From the NCBI GenBank assembly GCA_963699755.1, contig CAVOVB010000002.1, positions 512,001 to 576,000 on the forward strand: a stretch of DNA of 64,000 bases, read 5' to 3'. Below are positions 51,511 to 61,881 of this stretch, piece by piece (within the stretch, counting starts at the first letter, position 1; each line of letters opens with the position of its first letter). Source of the stretch: an uncultured delta proteobacterium. GTDB taxonomy: Bacteria; Myxococcota_A; Polyangia; Polyangiales; Houyiibacteriaceae. The notes beneath the pieces were generated by a model. It saw only the letters and a program-made list of their open reading frames with translations, made no database searches and was not told where the DNA came from. The translations under genes were made by a program, and so were the position numbers.

Positions 51511-51956
51511 TGTCGCTCCTGCGCGTCTATAGGATGCGCGCCGACGCGGTCATTCCGCGTTACAAGACGAGCGGCGCGGCAGGGATGGACCTCGCCGCGT
51601 GCCTCGACGCCCCCCTGTTGATCGCGCCTGGCGGAACCGCCAGGGTGCCGACGGGGCTACAGATCGCCCTGCCCCCGGGACACGAGGGCCAGGTCCGACC
51701 TCGCTCGGGCCTGGCCGCACGGCACGGCGTCACCGTGCTCAACGCACCGGGAACGATTGACGAGGACTATCGCGGCGAAGTGCAGGTGCTCCTCGTCAAC
51801 CACGGAACCGACGTCTTCGCGATCCAGTCTGGCGATCGTATCGCACAGCTCATCGTGGCACCGGTCTCCCAGGTCGAAATCGTAGTCGTCGATGAAGAAA
51901 AGGCGCTCGGAGGAACCGAGCGCGGTCCGGGTGGCTTTGGCAGTACCGGGGTTTAG
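51510..51956 (+). CDS. dut: dUTP diphosphatase
   Basis: [25 protein letters not shown] and [10 protein letters not shown]. Confidence 0.97.
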   Translation: MSLLRVYRMRADAVIPRYKTSGAAGMDLAACLDAPLLIAPGGTARVPTGLQIALPPGHEGQVRPRSGLAARHGVTVLNAPGTIDEDYRGEVQVLLVNHGTDVFAIQSGDRIAQLIVAPVSQVEIVVVDEEKALGGTERGPGGFGSTGV

Positions 51957-52282
51957 AGCGCCCGATCCATCAGCTGAGCGATGGTCGTCTTGGGCGCTGC
52001 ACCAATGTGCTGCGCGACGAGCTCGCCGCCCTTGAACACCATCAGGGTCGGAACGCCACGGATGCCGTACTTCGAAGCCGTGCCGGGGCTCTCGTCGATG
52101 TCGAGATGGGTAACCTTGACCTTCCCGACGTACTCATCGGCAAGTTGATCGATGAGCGGCGCGATCTGCTTGCACGGCCCACACCAAACCGCCGAGAAGT
52201 CCACGAGCACGGGGTCATCCGATTGAAGAACCTCCGTGTCGAAGTTCAGGTCGTTTACTGCGTGTACGTTTGCGCCGGCCAT
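51953..52282 (-). CDS. trxA: Thioredoxin 1
   Basis: WCGPC and GVPTL. Confidence 0.95.
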   Translation of the reverse strand: MAGANVHAVNDLNFDTEVLQSDDPVLVDFSAVWCGPCKQIAPLIDQLADEYVGKVKVTHLDIDESPGTASKYGIRGVPTLMVFKGGELVAQHIGAAPKTTIAQLMDRAL

Positions 52283-52434
52283 CTCAGCTCCTCTTGGGGT
52301 GACTTCAGAGGGTCTAACTAAGGACGCTCGGTCCGATTGTCAACGTGCCGCTCCTCCCGGCTACCGGGCAAACCCTCACCATGGTAGGCTTTTTCTCGTC
52401 CCCGGCAACGCTGAAGGGGGGCTCGACACGACCC

Positions 52435-53235
52435 ATGAAAGCCGGCCTTTTCATCGCTACCGCGCTGCTCTACGCGCTCGCCTGCATTCTGTACTTGCTC
52501 CTGCTGACGCGGGGCTCAGATAGGGCGCAGCGAGTTCCGGGCACGGTGTTCGTTGCTGCCCTGGGCGCGCACCTCGCCTTTCTCTTATTGGAGGCCCCCT
52601 CTGCCGGAGAATTGCCGCTGGCCGACATGTCACAGATCTTGAGCGTTGCTTCGTTCGGAATCGGAATCGCCTTCCTACTCGCGTCTTATCGTTTCGACGT
52701 CACCATTCTCGGCGCGTTCGTCGCACCATTGTCGCTCATGCTCTTTCTCGCCTCCGGGCTCGGCAGTAGCTACGCACCGGTGCATCCGAGGGTGGAATCG
52801 CTGATGCTCACCCTTCACATCGCGGCGAACGTGGTTGGCTTGGTCGCCTTCGCTCTCGCCTTTGCGGCCGCCGTTGCGTACATGGTCCAGGAAGGGCTGC
52901 TTCGACGCCGTCAGCTCAGCGGTGTCTTTCAACGACTGCCTTCGCTCGACGTGCTCGACACCATGGGACTGCGCGCAGTGCTCGTGGGTTTCCCACTTCT
53001 GACATTTGGCATGATCACCGGCACGTTCTGGCTGCTGCGCGCCGGCGGTCCCGAGTTCTACGTCAGCCAAGCGCTGGGCCTCGTGGCCTGGGCAATTTTC
53101 GCAGCTGTGATCGTGCTTCGTGTGGCCGCGGGCTGGCAGGGTCGAAAGGCTGCGCTCGGCACGATGATGGGCTTCTTGTTCACGCTTCTGGTTTTGGCCG
53201 CCTATGCGCTCCGGGCTGCAGGAGCTAGCGCCTGA
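52435..53235 (+). CDS. CcsA/HemX/YpjD-family membrane protein
   Basis: About 8 TM helices; LHI, RLPSLDVLD and GFPLLTFGMITG; TGATG overlap with hemA. Confidence 0.85.
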   Translation: MKAGLFIATALLYALACILYLLLLTRGSDRAQRVPGTVFVAALGAHLAFLLLEAPSAGELPLADMSQILSVASFGIGIAFLLASYRFDVTILGAFVAPLSLMLFLASGLGSSYAPVHPRVESLMLTLHIAANVVGLVAFALAFAAAVAYMVQEGLLRRRQLSGVFQRLPSLDVLDTMGLRAVLVGFPLLTFGMITGTFWLLRAGGPEFYVSQALGLVAWAIFAAVIVLRVAAGWQGRKAALGTMMGFLFTLLVLAAYALRAAGASA

Positions 53236-54599
53236 TGCGCGACTTCCTGGTCGTTGGCCTCTCTCATCGAACCGCGCCAGTCGAGGTGCGCGAGCGCCTT
53301 GCCATCGCGCCCGATCGCCTGGAGCAAGAGCTTCGGGAAATCGTTGCCGATGGCCCTTTCGACGAGGCGCTTCTCATCTCGACTTGCAATCGGGTCGAGC
53401 TCTACGCCACCAGCGCGAACCCAACCGAAGCCGCAAGACATGCCAAAGAAGCGCTTGCTGCGCGCCTTGCCGGCTCGGCCACCGAGGCCGTGTTCTATCA
53501 GGAGCGTGGAGTCGATGCGATTCGACATGTCTTCCGGGTCGCATCCAGCTTGGACTCCTTGGTCGTGGGTGAGCCGCAGATCTTGGGCCAGGTCAAAGAG
53601 GCCTTCTATGCGGCGAAAGAGGCCGGGATGATGGGCACCCTGCTCGGTCGCTGCTTCACCCAGGCCTTCGCGACGGCGAAGCGCGTCCGAAACGAGACGG
53701 GAATCGCCGAAGGGACCGTCAGCGTCAGCTCGATTGCTTGTGAGCTAGCCAAGAAGATCTTCGGTAACCTGGAGGGTCGCCGGACGCTCCTGCTCGGCGC
53801 GGGCGAAATGGGGGAGTCTGCAGCGCGCAGCCTCCGACAAACCGGAACCCAGCTTCACGTGGTCAACCGCAGCGAAGAACGTGCCCGCAAGCTCGCCGAA
53901 GCCTGTGGCGGGCGGGCCGTTCCTTACGAGCGGCTCAGCGTGGAGCTCGCCGACGCCGACGTCGTCATCGCATCTACGGCGAGCTCGAATTTCATCCTGA
54001 CACCGAAGCTCATGAAGGGGGTGGTTCGGACCAGGCGCCACCGACCCCTCTTCATCGTCGATATTGCCGTTCCGAGGGATGTCGACCCACGGGTTGGCAG
54101 CATGGACAACATCTTCGTCTATGACGTCGACGATCTTCAGCAGGTGGCTGAGGAGAATCTGTCGGTCCGGGCAAGGGAAGCGGCACAGGCCGAGCAGATC
54201 GTCGAGCAAGAGGTCGAATCGTTCTTGAGCTGGCGGCGGTCGCTCGAGCTCGCTCCGACGATCGTCGCGCTTCGAAAGCGCTTCGGGCAGATCGCCGAAG
54301 AAGAGCTGCAACGCGCCCTGCCTCGGCTCGATGGCGCCAGCCCGTCCGATCGAGCCGTCCTCGAGGCCATGGGGCGCTCCTTGGTGAACAAGCTGCTCCA
54401 CCAGCCACTCACCCAGCTCAAAGCTGGCACCGGCGAACCCGATGGAGCGCTCCTCATCGACGCAGTCCATCGCCTGTTCGCGCTTTCGGAAGACGAAGTT
54501 GCAGCGATGGAGCCCTCGACGGAGAACCCCAAGGAAGCCACGGTCGCACCGCTGGGCCCGGCCACGGTATCAGGCTCCTCCACAGGCGAATCGAAGTGA
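53235..54599 (+). CDS. hemA: Glutamyl-tRNA reductase
   Basis: GLSHRTAPVEVRE, STCNRVE, SLDSLVVGEPQILGQ and DIAVPRD. Confidence 0.97.
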   Translation: MRDFLVVGLSHRTAPVEVRERLAIAPDRLEQELREIVADGPFDEALLISTCNRVELYATSANPTEAARHAKEALAARLAGSATEAVFYQERGVDAIRHVFRVASSLDSLVVGEPQILGQVKEAFYAAKEAGMMGTLLGRCFTQAFATAKRVRNETGIAEGTVSVSSIACELAKKIFGNLEGRRTLLLGAGEMGESAARSLRQTGTQLHVVNRSEERARKLAEACGGRAVPYERLSVELADADVVIASTASSNFILTPKLMKGVVRTRRHRPLFIVDIAVPRDVDPRVGSMDNIFVYDVDDLQQVAEENLSVRAREAAQAEQIVEQEVESFLSWRRSLELAPTIVALRKRFGQIAEEELQRALPRLDGASPSDRAVLEAMGRSLVNKLLHQPLTQLKAGTGEPDGALLIDAVHRLFALSEDEVAAMEPSTENPKEATVAPLGPATVSGSSTGESK

Positions 54600-55576
54600 A
54601 ACTACGCATCGCAACGCGCGCAAGCAATCTCGCCCTCGTTCAAACGCGCTGGGTCGGCGCGCAACTGCAGAGCCACTTCTCTGCGCTCAGCGTCGAAGAA
54701 GTCCACGTCAAGACCACCGGCGACCGCATTCAAGATCGGCCGCTCGCCCTCCTCGGGGGCAAGGGGCTCTTCGTGAGCGAAGTCGAAGCGGTGGTCGTGC
54801 GGGGTGAAGCCGATTTCGCAGTTCACTCCCTGAAGGACGTGCCCGGCGACATACCCCTGGCCCAAGGGATGGGCATCCTGAGCGTCCCCGTCCGAGAAGA
54901 TCCGCGCGACGTTCTGGTCACGGTCGACGGGACCGATTTGGCCTCTTTGAAGCGAGGCGCGAAAGTCGGCACGACCTCGCGCCGTCGTATGGTGCAGTTA
55001 CAGCGACAACGCCCCGACCTGAGCTTCGTCCCCCTGCGCGGCAACATCGAAACGCGGGTCCGCAAGCTTCACGAGGGGCAGTGCGACGCGATCGTCCTGG
55101 CCGCCGCCGGCCTCGCTCGCACGGGCGTGCTCGCCAGAACCCCTCATGTCGTTCTACCCCCTGAAATCTGCCTTCCCGCGGTGGGTCAGGGAGCCCTCGC
55201 GATCGAAGGCGCGCTCAGCAACGCGACGCTTTGCGCGCAGCTAAGGGCGATCGAGGACCCGACGTCCCGCATTCAGATCACCGCGGAGCGCGCGATGCTG
55301 CAGAAGCTCGAAGGCAACTGCCACTCGTCGATTGCGGGCCACGCGAGCGCGGCCGACGGGAGGCTCAAGCTCGACGCGATGGTGGCCTCCTACGACGGCG
55401 ACCAAATGCTCTCGGCAACCTCCGATCACTATCTCGACCTCGGGTCACCGGATGCGGTCGAGCGGGCGCATCAGCTGGGCGAAGAGGTCGCCGACCATCT
55501 TCTGTCCCAAGGCGCCCGCGACTTGATCAGGCAAGCCGAGCTCGCGGCCGTGCGAAATCAGTTGACCAGCAACTGA
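54596..55576 (+). CDS. hemC: Hydroxymethylbilane synthase
   Basis: ATRASNLAL, GGKGLF, VHSLKD, RGNIETR and the cofactor Cys in LEGNC. Confidence 0.96.
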   Translation: MKLRIATRASNLALVQTRWVGAQLQSHFSALSVEEVHVKTTGDRIQDRPLALLGGKGLFVSEVEAVVVRGEADFAVHSLKDVPGDIPLAQGMGILSVPVREDPRDVLVTVDGTDLASLKRGAKVGTTSRRRMVQLQRQRPDLSFVPLRGNIETRVRKLHEGQCDAIVLAAAGLARTGVLARTPHVVLPPEICLPAVGQGALAIEGALSNATLCAQLRAIEDPTSRIQITAERAMLQKLEGNCHSSIAGHASAADGRLKLDAMVASYDGDQMLSATSDHYLDLGSPDAVERAHQLGEEVADHLLSQGARDLIRQAELAAVRNQLTSN

Positions 55577-55947
55577 GGCACGGCGTATCGGCTCGAGCCC
55601 AGAATGCGACGCACGCCGCCGACGGACTCCTGGAGCCATTCATCTCCGCCTCCTCGGCCCACACTGGCCACGTATACCGTCTCGCCGTCGAGCGACACCG
55701 TACGCACGTCGATGCTCTGTCCTTCGAGCGCACCGGGCAGTCGACCATTGAACGATGGTGAGCCCAACAGAGGCGCGACGGCACCGAGGGCCTCGCAGAT
55801 CGAGCGCTCTCCTGCGCCTGCGACCAGCAAGCCGTTGTCGATCGCGACGACGACCGCATCGAGCTCGCCCTTCGCACGGGCGCTCTCGAGCTGAAGGCAG
55901 AGTGCCTTGTATGGATCCTGACTTCGACGTATGCGGCGTTCGTACAT
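55558..55947 (-). CDS. Roadblock/LC7 (MglB-like) domain protein
   Basis: LDAVVVAIDNGLLVAG..EALGAVA and C-terminal helix VGGVRRIL; SD GGGGAG. Confidence 0.7.
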   Translation of the reverse strand: MYERRIRRSQDPYKALCLQLESARAKGELDAVVVAIDNGLLVAGAGERSICEALGAVAPLLGSPSFNGRLPGALEGQSIDVRTVSLDGETVYVASVGRGGGDEWLQESVGGVRRILGSSRYAVPQLLVN

Positions 55948-56074
55948 GGAAACTCCCCGAGGTGTGTAGGTGTATGTAGACTATTATCCTACGGTCTCGG
56001 GGGCAAGAATCCGAGAAAATTGAAGAATTCCAATGAATCGACACCAGATACAGGACTGCTAGAGTCGCGGTGTA

Positions 56075-57217
56075 ATGAGTCTCGCGGACGTGCTCGGCAG
56101 TCACCGAGTGGTGGTGACCGTCGGCAGCGGCGGAGTCGGTAAGACCACAACGGCCGCAGCAATGGCTGTTCACGCCGCCATGGAAGGTCGCAAAGTCCTT
56201 TGTCTCACCATCGACCCGGCCCGGCGCCTCGCCAACAGCCTCGGTCTCGACGAGATGACGACGAGCGAGCAGGACGTGCCCTGCTCCCTCTTCGAGAGCA
56301 ATGGCCTTCAGTGTAAGGGGTCGCTCTCGGCCATGATGCTCGACACGAAGCGCACCTTCGATGATCTCGTAGTCCGGTACGCGTCGGACCCCGAAGCACG
56401 CGATCGCATCTTGAACAACCAGATCTACAAGTACGTCGCGAGCTCTCTGGCGGGCACGCAGGAGTACATGGCGATGGAGAAGCTCCACGAAGTGCGTAAG
56501 GACCCAACATGGGATCTGGTCGTGCTCGATACGCCACCGACCGCGAGCGCATTGGATTTCCTCACGGCACCAGAGCGCCTGATCGACGCGATCGACTCGC
56601 CCGCGATGCGCTGGTTTTTGCAGGTCTTCGAAGGCGCGGGCAAGGAAGCTTTCGGCCTCGTCGGGCGCGGTGCGACGGTCCTGCTCAGGGGCATCGGCAA
56701 GATCACGGGCATCGAGTTCTTGCAGCAGGTCGCAGAGTTCGTAGGCGGGATCAACGACCTCTTCGGGGGCTTCAAGGAGCGTGCAGAACAGGTTTCGGAC
56801 GCTCTTCGAAGCCCCGAAGTCGCGTTCGTCCTGGTGACCAGCCCCGACCCCCTCGCCATCGGCGAGGCCCGATTCTTCAGCGAAAAATTGGAGGAAGCAC
56901 GCATGAATCGTGAGGCGATCATCGTCAATCAGGTCCATACGCTGCTCCCCGAGCCCACCATCTCGACCGACGCACAACTGAGGGAGCTCCGAGACGTTCT
57001 GCCTCAATCGATCGATGCGGCCGACATCCATCCGCGGCTCCGCCAAGCCTTGAACGACGAGCGAGGCTGGGCAATCGCCGACCGCGCCGAAGTCGAACGA
57101 TTGGACGAGCAAGTCGGCTCAGACACCCGCATTGTGGAAGTACCTGCATTCGACCAAGATGTTCACGACCTCGCAGCCCTAGCCAAAGTGGCTTCGTTCC
57201 TGACCATGGCGACCTGA
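56075..57217 (+). CDS. ArsA/Get3-family ATPase (single domain)
   Basis: GSGGVGKTT, TIDPARRLANSLG, GTQEY and VLDTPPT. Confidence 0.92.
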   Translation: MSLADVLGSHRVVVTVGSGGVGKTTTAAAMAVHAAMEGRKVLCLTIDPARRLANSLGLDEMTTSEQDVPCSLFESNGLQCKGSLSAMMLDTKRTFDDLVVRYASDPEARDRILNNQIYKYVASSLAGTQEYMAMEKLHEVRKDPTWDLVVLDTPPTASALDFLTAPERLIDAIDSPAMRWFLQVFEGAGKEAFGLVGRGATVLLRGIGKITGIEFLQQVAEFVGGINDLFGGFKERAEQVSDALRSPEVAFVLVTSPDPLAIGEARFFSEKLEEARMNREAIIVNQVHTLLPEPTISTDAQLRELRDVLPQSIDAADIHPRLRQALNDERGWAIADRAEVERLDEQVGSDTRIVEVPAFDQDVHDLAALAKVASFLTMAT

Positions 57218-57226
57218 GCCGAAATC

Positions 57227-58642
57227 ATGCCGATCGATTCATCAGACAACTGGATCGCCATCATCCTCGCGGCCGGCGAAGGCACGCGCATGAAGAGCAA
57301 GCGTCCCAAGGTCTTGCACGAAATCGCCGGACAGGCGTTGGTATGCTGGGTGATTCAGGCTGCTATCGACGCAGGCGCCTCTCGCTGCCTGGTGGTCGTA
57401 GGGCACGGTCGGGACGACGTGGAGCGGGAGCTCGCGACGCGGTTCGGCGAGCGCGTGGAGATGGTCCTCCAGCCCGAGCAGCGGGGCACCGGAGACGCCG
57501 TGCGCTGCGCGATCGAAACAGGCAGCGCGCTCGAAGGACAGTTACTCGTGCTCTACGGCGACTGTCCCCTGATCCCGGCGGCGCTGCTCCGGAATCTCAT
57601 CGAGAAATCCAGACGCGCTCAGGCGGACCTAGGGCTGGTGACCGCCACGCTGAGCGATCCGAGCGGCTATGGCCGGATTGTGCGCAACGCGGTCGGCCGT
57701 GTGCAGCGAATCGTCGAAGACTCTGACTGTACCGCAGAGGAGCAGCGCATCCAGGAGGTGAATCCCGGGATCTACGCGATCGACGCCGACTTTTTGAGGC
57801 AAGCGATTGCACAAGTAAAACCTGACAACGCCCAAGCTCAGCTCTACCTGACCGACATCGTGGAGCTGGCAGCACGACAGGGCGAAGTCGAAGATCTGGA
57901 AGGTGACATGACGGAGCTAGCGGGCGTCAACGATCAAAGAGACCTTGCCCTTGCGGCGGCAACACGCCGTAGGGGCATTGCGGAAGACCTGGCCCGGAGT
58001 GGCGTCGTCATCACCGATCTCGACACCGTGTACATCGACACGGAATGCGAGATCGAACCGGGCGCGCGCATCGGAGCAAACGTCCACCTTCGCGGCCGCT
58101 GCGTCGTGCGAGCGGGCGCTCAGATCGACGTGGGTTCTGTCCTGACCAATGTCTTCGTCGACAAAGACGCCAAGGTTCTGCCGTATACGGTGGCCACCGA
58201 CTCGACGATCGGCGAGGCCGCCCAGGTTGGCCCCTTCAGCCACCTGCGACCGGAGAGCAGACTTGGACCGCGGAGCAAAGTGGGGAACTTCTCGGAGACG
58301 AAGAAGACCACGCTGGGTATGGGCTCGAAAGTCAACCACCTTTCCTACGTGGGGAACGGCGAGATCGGCGAAGGCGTGAACATCGGTGCGGGCACGATCT
58401 TCTGTAACTACGACGGCGAGAGGAAGCACACCACCGTGCTCGAAGATGGGGTCTTCATCGGCAGCGACACGCAGCTCATCGCGCCAGTCACGGTCGCCAA
58501 GGGCGCATACGTCGCCAGCGGCACCACGGTCACGCGAGACGTTCCCGCCGATGCGCTGGCGATGTCGCGAACCAAGCAGGAAAACAAAGAAGGCTACGCC
58601 GCTCGGCTCCGCGCGCGCCTTCGTGGCGCGCAGAAGCCCTGA
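57227..58642 (+). CDS. glmU: Bifunctional UDP-GlcNAc pyrophosphorylase / glucosamine-1-phosphate N-acetyltransferase
   Basis: LAAGEGTRMKS, GYGRIVR, YLTD, GPFSHLRP, HLSYVG and CNYDG. Confidence 0.97.
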   Translation: MPIDSSDNWIAIILAAGEGTRMKSKRPKVLHEIAGQALVCWVIQAAIDAGASRCLVVVGHGRDDVERELATRFGERVEMVLQPEQRGTGDAVRCAIETGSALEGQLLVLYGDCPLIPAALLRNLIEKSRRAQADLGLVTATLSDPSGYGRIVRNAVGRVQRIVEDSDCTAEEQRIQEVNPGIYAIDADFLRQAIAQVKPDNAQAQLYLTDIVELAARQGEVEDLEGDMTELAGVNDQRDLALAAATRRRGIAEDLARSGVVITDLDTVYIDTECEIEPGARIGANVHLRGRCVVRAGAQIDVGSVLTNVFVDKDAKVLPYTVATDSTIGEAAQVGPFSHLRPESRLGPRSKVGNFSETKKTTLGMGSKVNHLSYVGNGEIGEGVNIGAGTIFCNYDGERKHTTVLEDGVFIGSDTQLIAPVTVAKGAYVASGTTVTRDVPADALAMSRTKQENKEGYAARLRARLRGAQKP

Positions 58643-58663
58643 GTCGCCTCGACCAGCGCTTGC

Positions 58664-59461
58664 TCAGAACGAGATCTTGAGGTTGGCGCCGCCCGGGGCG
58701 ACGCTGAAGTCGAAGTCGGCTCCCTCTTCGCTGCGCTCGTAGTACTTGCTGGAGCAGGCAATGCCTCGATAGGCCTCGTAGGCCGCGACTGAGCTCCGGG
58801 GAGCGGATGCGGTCTGAATCCCCATCAGGAGAGGCGGAGCGACGTAAAGACCTGCCGTGAGGCCCCGACTCGCGCCCGTCCATGAGGTCGCCTTGATGGT
58901 GCCACCGACGACGCCATAGATCAGCGATGCACCCACACCCATTGCGCCGCCCATGAGTTCCTGGACTCCCGACGCCTTCCGCAAGGTCTCCGTCGCATAC
59001 TGCAACTTGGCGCGCCTTGCTTCTTCAGTCCCGTCGTCCATGCGACGGATGCGCTTGGCGCCCCAGACGTCGGGCGCGGGGATGATCGCGTGCATGAGCC
59101 CGAAGAAATAGGCTCCGCCAGCCAGATAGGCCCAGCCGAACTTGTCCGGGTTGTTCTTGTCGCGGGCGGCGTTGACCGCGGCATAGGTCATGCCGCCGCC
59201 CCCAGCCAGCCACAGGCTCATCCAGACGTACCGCCAGCGGGTTGCCTGAGGCTTGCCGTCCGCCATTTTGTCTTCGATGTAGCGGATGCGGTAGCGCACC
59301 TCGTCATCGCTGAGCTCGTCGATGCAACTGAACGCGTCCTGGGCATTGGCTGTCCGCGGAGGGGCCAGGATGGAGAACAAAGCGGAGAAAGCGAGCGCGC
59401 AGGTGAGGACCCTTACCGCGCGTGGAATTGCATGATTCTGGATTCGATGATGTTCAGCCAC
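58664..59461 (-). CDS. Exported or outer-membrane hypothetical protein
   Basis: Signal peptide ending ANA-Q, Gly-rich hydrophobic segments and terminal Phe (NLKISF); start uncertain. Confidence 0.7.
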   Translation of the reverse strand: MAEHHRIQNHAIPRAVRVLTCALAFSALFSILAPPRTANAQDAFSCIDELSDDEVRYRIRYIEDKMADGKPQATRWRYVWMSLWLAGGGGMTYAAVNAARDKNNPDKFGWAYLAGGAYFFGLMHAIIPAPDVWGAKRIRRMDDGTEEARRAKLQYATETLRKASGVQELMGGAMGVGASLIYGVVGGTIKATSWTGASRGLTAGLYVAPPLLMGIQTASAPRSSVAAYEAYRGIACSSKYYERSEEGADFDFSVAPGGANLKISF

Positions 59462-59674
59462 AACCTACCCCTGTTCGCCAGGTGGGCGGGATAGTACGCA
59501 AAACCCAAGCAGACTGCGATAGTGATTCGCATCGCGAGCTACTTTTTCTCGGACGGGATTCGCCCGCCGATTGTAGGGATCCAGCCTGACTAGACGCTCA
59601 CCGGGCGTCCTGTACGGGCCGTCCAGCGGCGCTCGCGGCCTCGACGACGGAAATCCGAGGGTTATGCTGGAGAC

Positions 59675-60727
59675 GTGGATAGCCTTTTTTTCGAGGTCCT
59701 CATCACGGTGGTAGCGCTGTCGGTGCTCATCATCATTCACGAGGGCGGCCATTATTTGGCCGCGCGTGCGTTCGGGATGCGAGTCCTGCGGTACAGCATC
59801 GGGTTCGGCCCCACGCTGTTTCGATACCAGCCCAAAGGCAGCCCAACCGTCTTCCAGGTCGCGGTCATCCCGTTCCTTGCATACGTGCAGATCGCAGGGA
59901 TGAACCCGAACGAGGAAGTCGACCCCAACGACCCAGAGCTCTACCCGAACAAGAGCCTCTTTGCGCGGGTGACGACCATCGCCGCCGGGCCGATCGCCAA
60001 CTACCTCACCGCCTCGGCGATCGTCTTTGCACTCGGTGTCACCAACACATTGCCGCCGATGCAACCAGCGGAGCCGATGCAGGTGGGCCATGTGGTCCCA
60101 GACTCGCCCGCAGCACAAGCCGGCCTACGAGAGGGCGACGTCATCGTCATGGCCAACGGCGCGGCCATCCGCAACGTATCGGAGTTAATCGACGCAACCG
60201 CGCCACGCGCCGGCGAACCGACCGTTTACGTCGTCGAACGTGAGGGCGAGGTCTTGCCACCGATCACGATCACCCCGAGCGATCACGGCGGCAGGGGTCA
60301 AATCGGCGTGGGAGCCAAGATGATGCGTCTCTATGAGAACCTCGGGGCCTGGGATTCGGCGAAGTTGTCGATCGCGCTGCCCTTTCAGATGACGATGGCG
60401 CAGCTGAGCGGTCTGGCCGACATGGTCAAGCGGCGCAGCACCGAAGGCATTGGCGGGCCCGTGATGATGGGCAAGATGGTTGCCGACGCCGCGCAGGCCG
60501 GACTGCCCGCATTCCTCTGGATTTTGATGTTCATCTCCGTAGCGCTAGGGATGTTCAACCTCCTGCCCTTCCCGGCCCTCGACGGAGGGCGACTCATCTT
60601 TCTCGGCTATGAAGCGGTCACGCGCCGGCGTGCCAATGAGCGCTTCGAAATGGCCGTCCATGCCTTGGGCATCGTGGTCCTGCTGGGGGTCATGATCCTC
60701 GTGACCTATCGGGACATCTTCGGCTAG
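59675..60727 (+). CDS. rseP: RIP metalloprotease RseP (M50, one PDZ)
   Basis: HEGGH, AGPIAN, PDZ domain and NLLPFPALDGG. Confidence 0.94.
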   Translation: MDSLFFEVLITVVALSVLIIIHEGGHYLAARAFGMRVLRYSIGFGPTLFRYQPKGSPTVFQVAVIPFLAYVQIAGMNPNEEVDPNDPELYPNKSLFARVTTIAAGPIANYLTASAIVFALGVTNTLPPMQPAEPMQVGHVVPDSPAAQAGLREGDVIVMANGAAIRNVSELIDATAPRAGEPTVYVVEREGEVLPPITITPSDHGGRGQIGVGAKMMRLYENLGAWDSAKLSIALPFQMTMAQLSGLADMVKRRSTEGIGGPVMMGKMVADAAQAGLPAFLWILMFISVALGMFNLLPFPALDGGRLIFLGYEAVTRRRANERFEMAVHALGIVVLLGVMILVTYRDIFG

Positions 60728-60765
60728 GCGCTTGCCGCAGCAGGCGGAACGAGTAGCTTTCCCCG

Positions 60766-61881
60766 ATGCATCCCGATGTGATCGTAGTCGGTGGCGGGTT
60801 GATGGGTTGCAGCGTCGCCTACCGACTCGCCAAGGACGATGCCCGAGTCTTGGTGCTCGAGCGAAGCATTCCTGGCGCGGAGGCCTCATCTGCGGCCGCG
60901 GGGATTCTCGGACCCACGATGGAATCGTTCGAGGACGCCTTGGCACTGCAGCTCGGCCGCAGGAGCCGGGAGCTCCATGCTGAGCTCGCCGACGAGCTCG
61001 ATGAGCTGTTCGGCGTCGACGTCGGCTTCCGGCGCTGCGGAGCCGTCAAGATGGCCTTCGACGAAGAGGAGCTCGCAGCCCTGCACGCCCAAGCCTCGAG
61101 TCTCGAGCTTCACGGGATTCGCTGTGATCGTTGGAGCCCCGAGGAGCTCATCCAGGAAGAGCCGGCCGCCAACCCGGAGGCCCTCGGGGCACTGAATGTT
61201 TCCGAAGACGCTCAAGTCGAGCCCAAGAAGTTGCTTTCGGCGGTCGCCCTAGGTGCCGAGCGCGATGGCGTCACATTCCGAAGCGGCTCGACGGTCCGCT
61301 TGGTCCATGTCGAAAGCGGGCGCGTGCGAGGGGTGCAGCTTGGTGACGAAGTGATTGAAACGGACCGACTGGTGGTCGCAGCGGGTAGTTGGACGACGTT
61401 GATCCCCGGGCTGCCCTTCAATTCGGAGACGATCTTTCCGGTACGCGGGCAGATGATCGCGACTGAGACGCGGCCACCGATCTTCCGCCGGGTCGTTTTT
61501 GGTGCCGGCGGTTATGTCGTCACTCGACCCGATGGCCGCGTCCTCTGTGGCTCGACGATGGAGCGGGTCGGATTCCAACGTGGGATCACCTTCGGCGGAA
61601 TGGCCGACGTGATCAGCAAGGCGACACGAATCGCTCCTGGGCTGCGAACGGCAACGATCCAAGAGCATTGGTCGAGCTTTCGGCCGGGCACGCCAGATGG
61701 GCTGCCTCTGGTGGGTGAAACCGGGATCAAAGGCCTGTTTCTGGCCAGCGGGCACTATCGCAATGGAATCTTGCTCGCTCCATTGACCGCGGAGCTCATC
61801 GCCGAGGCGATGGCGGGCAAGCCGGTCTCGAGGGAGGCCCAGGTGCTGTCACCGGGCCGTTTCGAGGAGCTCCGGGGATGA
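60766..61881 (+). CDS. thiO: Glycine oxidase ThiO / DAAO-family FAD oxidoreductase
   Basis: GGGLMG, ASSAAAGIL, PVRGQM and GHYRNGILLAP. Confidence 0.8.
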   Translation: MHPDVIVVGGGLMGCSVAYRLAKDDARVLVLERSIPGAEASSAAAGILGPTMESFEDALALQLGRRSRELHAELADELDELFGVDVGFRRCGAVKMAFDEEELAALHAQASSLELHGIRCDRWSPEELIQEEPAANPEALGALNVSEDAQVEPKKLLSAVALGAERDGVTFRSGSTVRLVHVESGRVRGVQLGDEVIETDRLVVAAGSWTTLIPGLPFNSETIFPVRGQMIATETRPPIFRRVVFGAGGYVVTRPDGRVLCGSTMERVGFQRGITFGGMADVISKATRIAPGLRTATIQEHWSSFRPGTPDGLPLVGETGIKGLFLASGHYRNGILLAPLTAELIAEAMAGKPVSREAQVLSPGRFEELRG

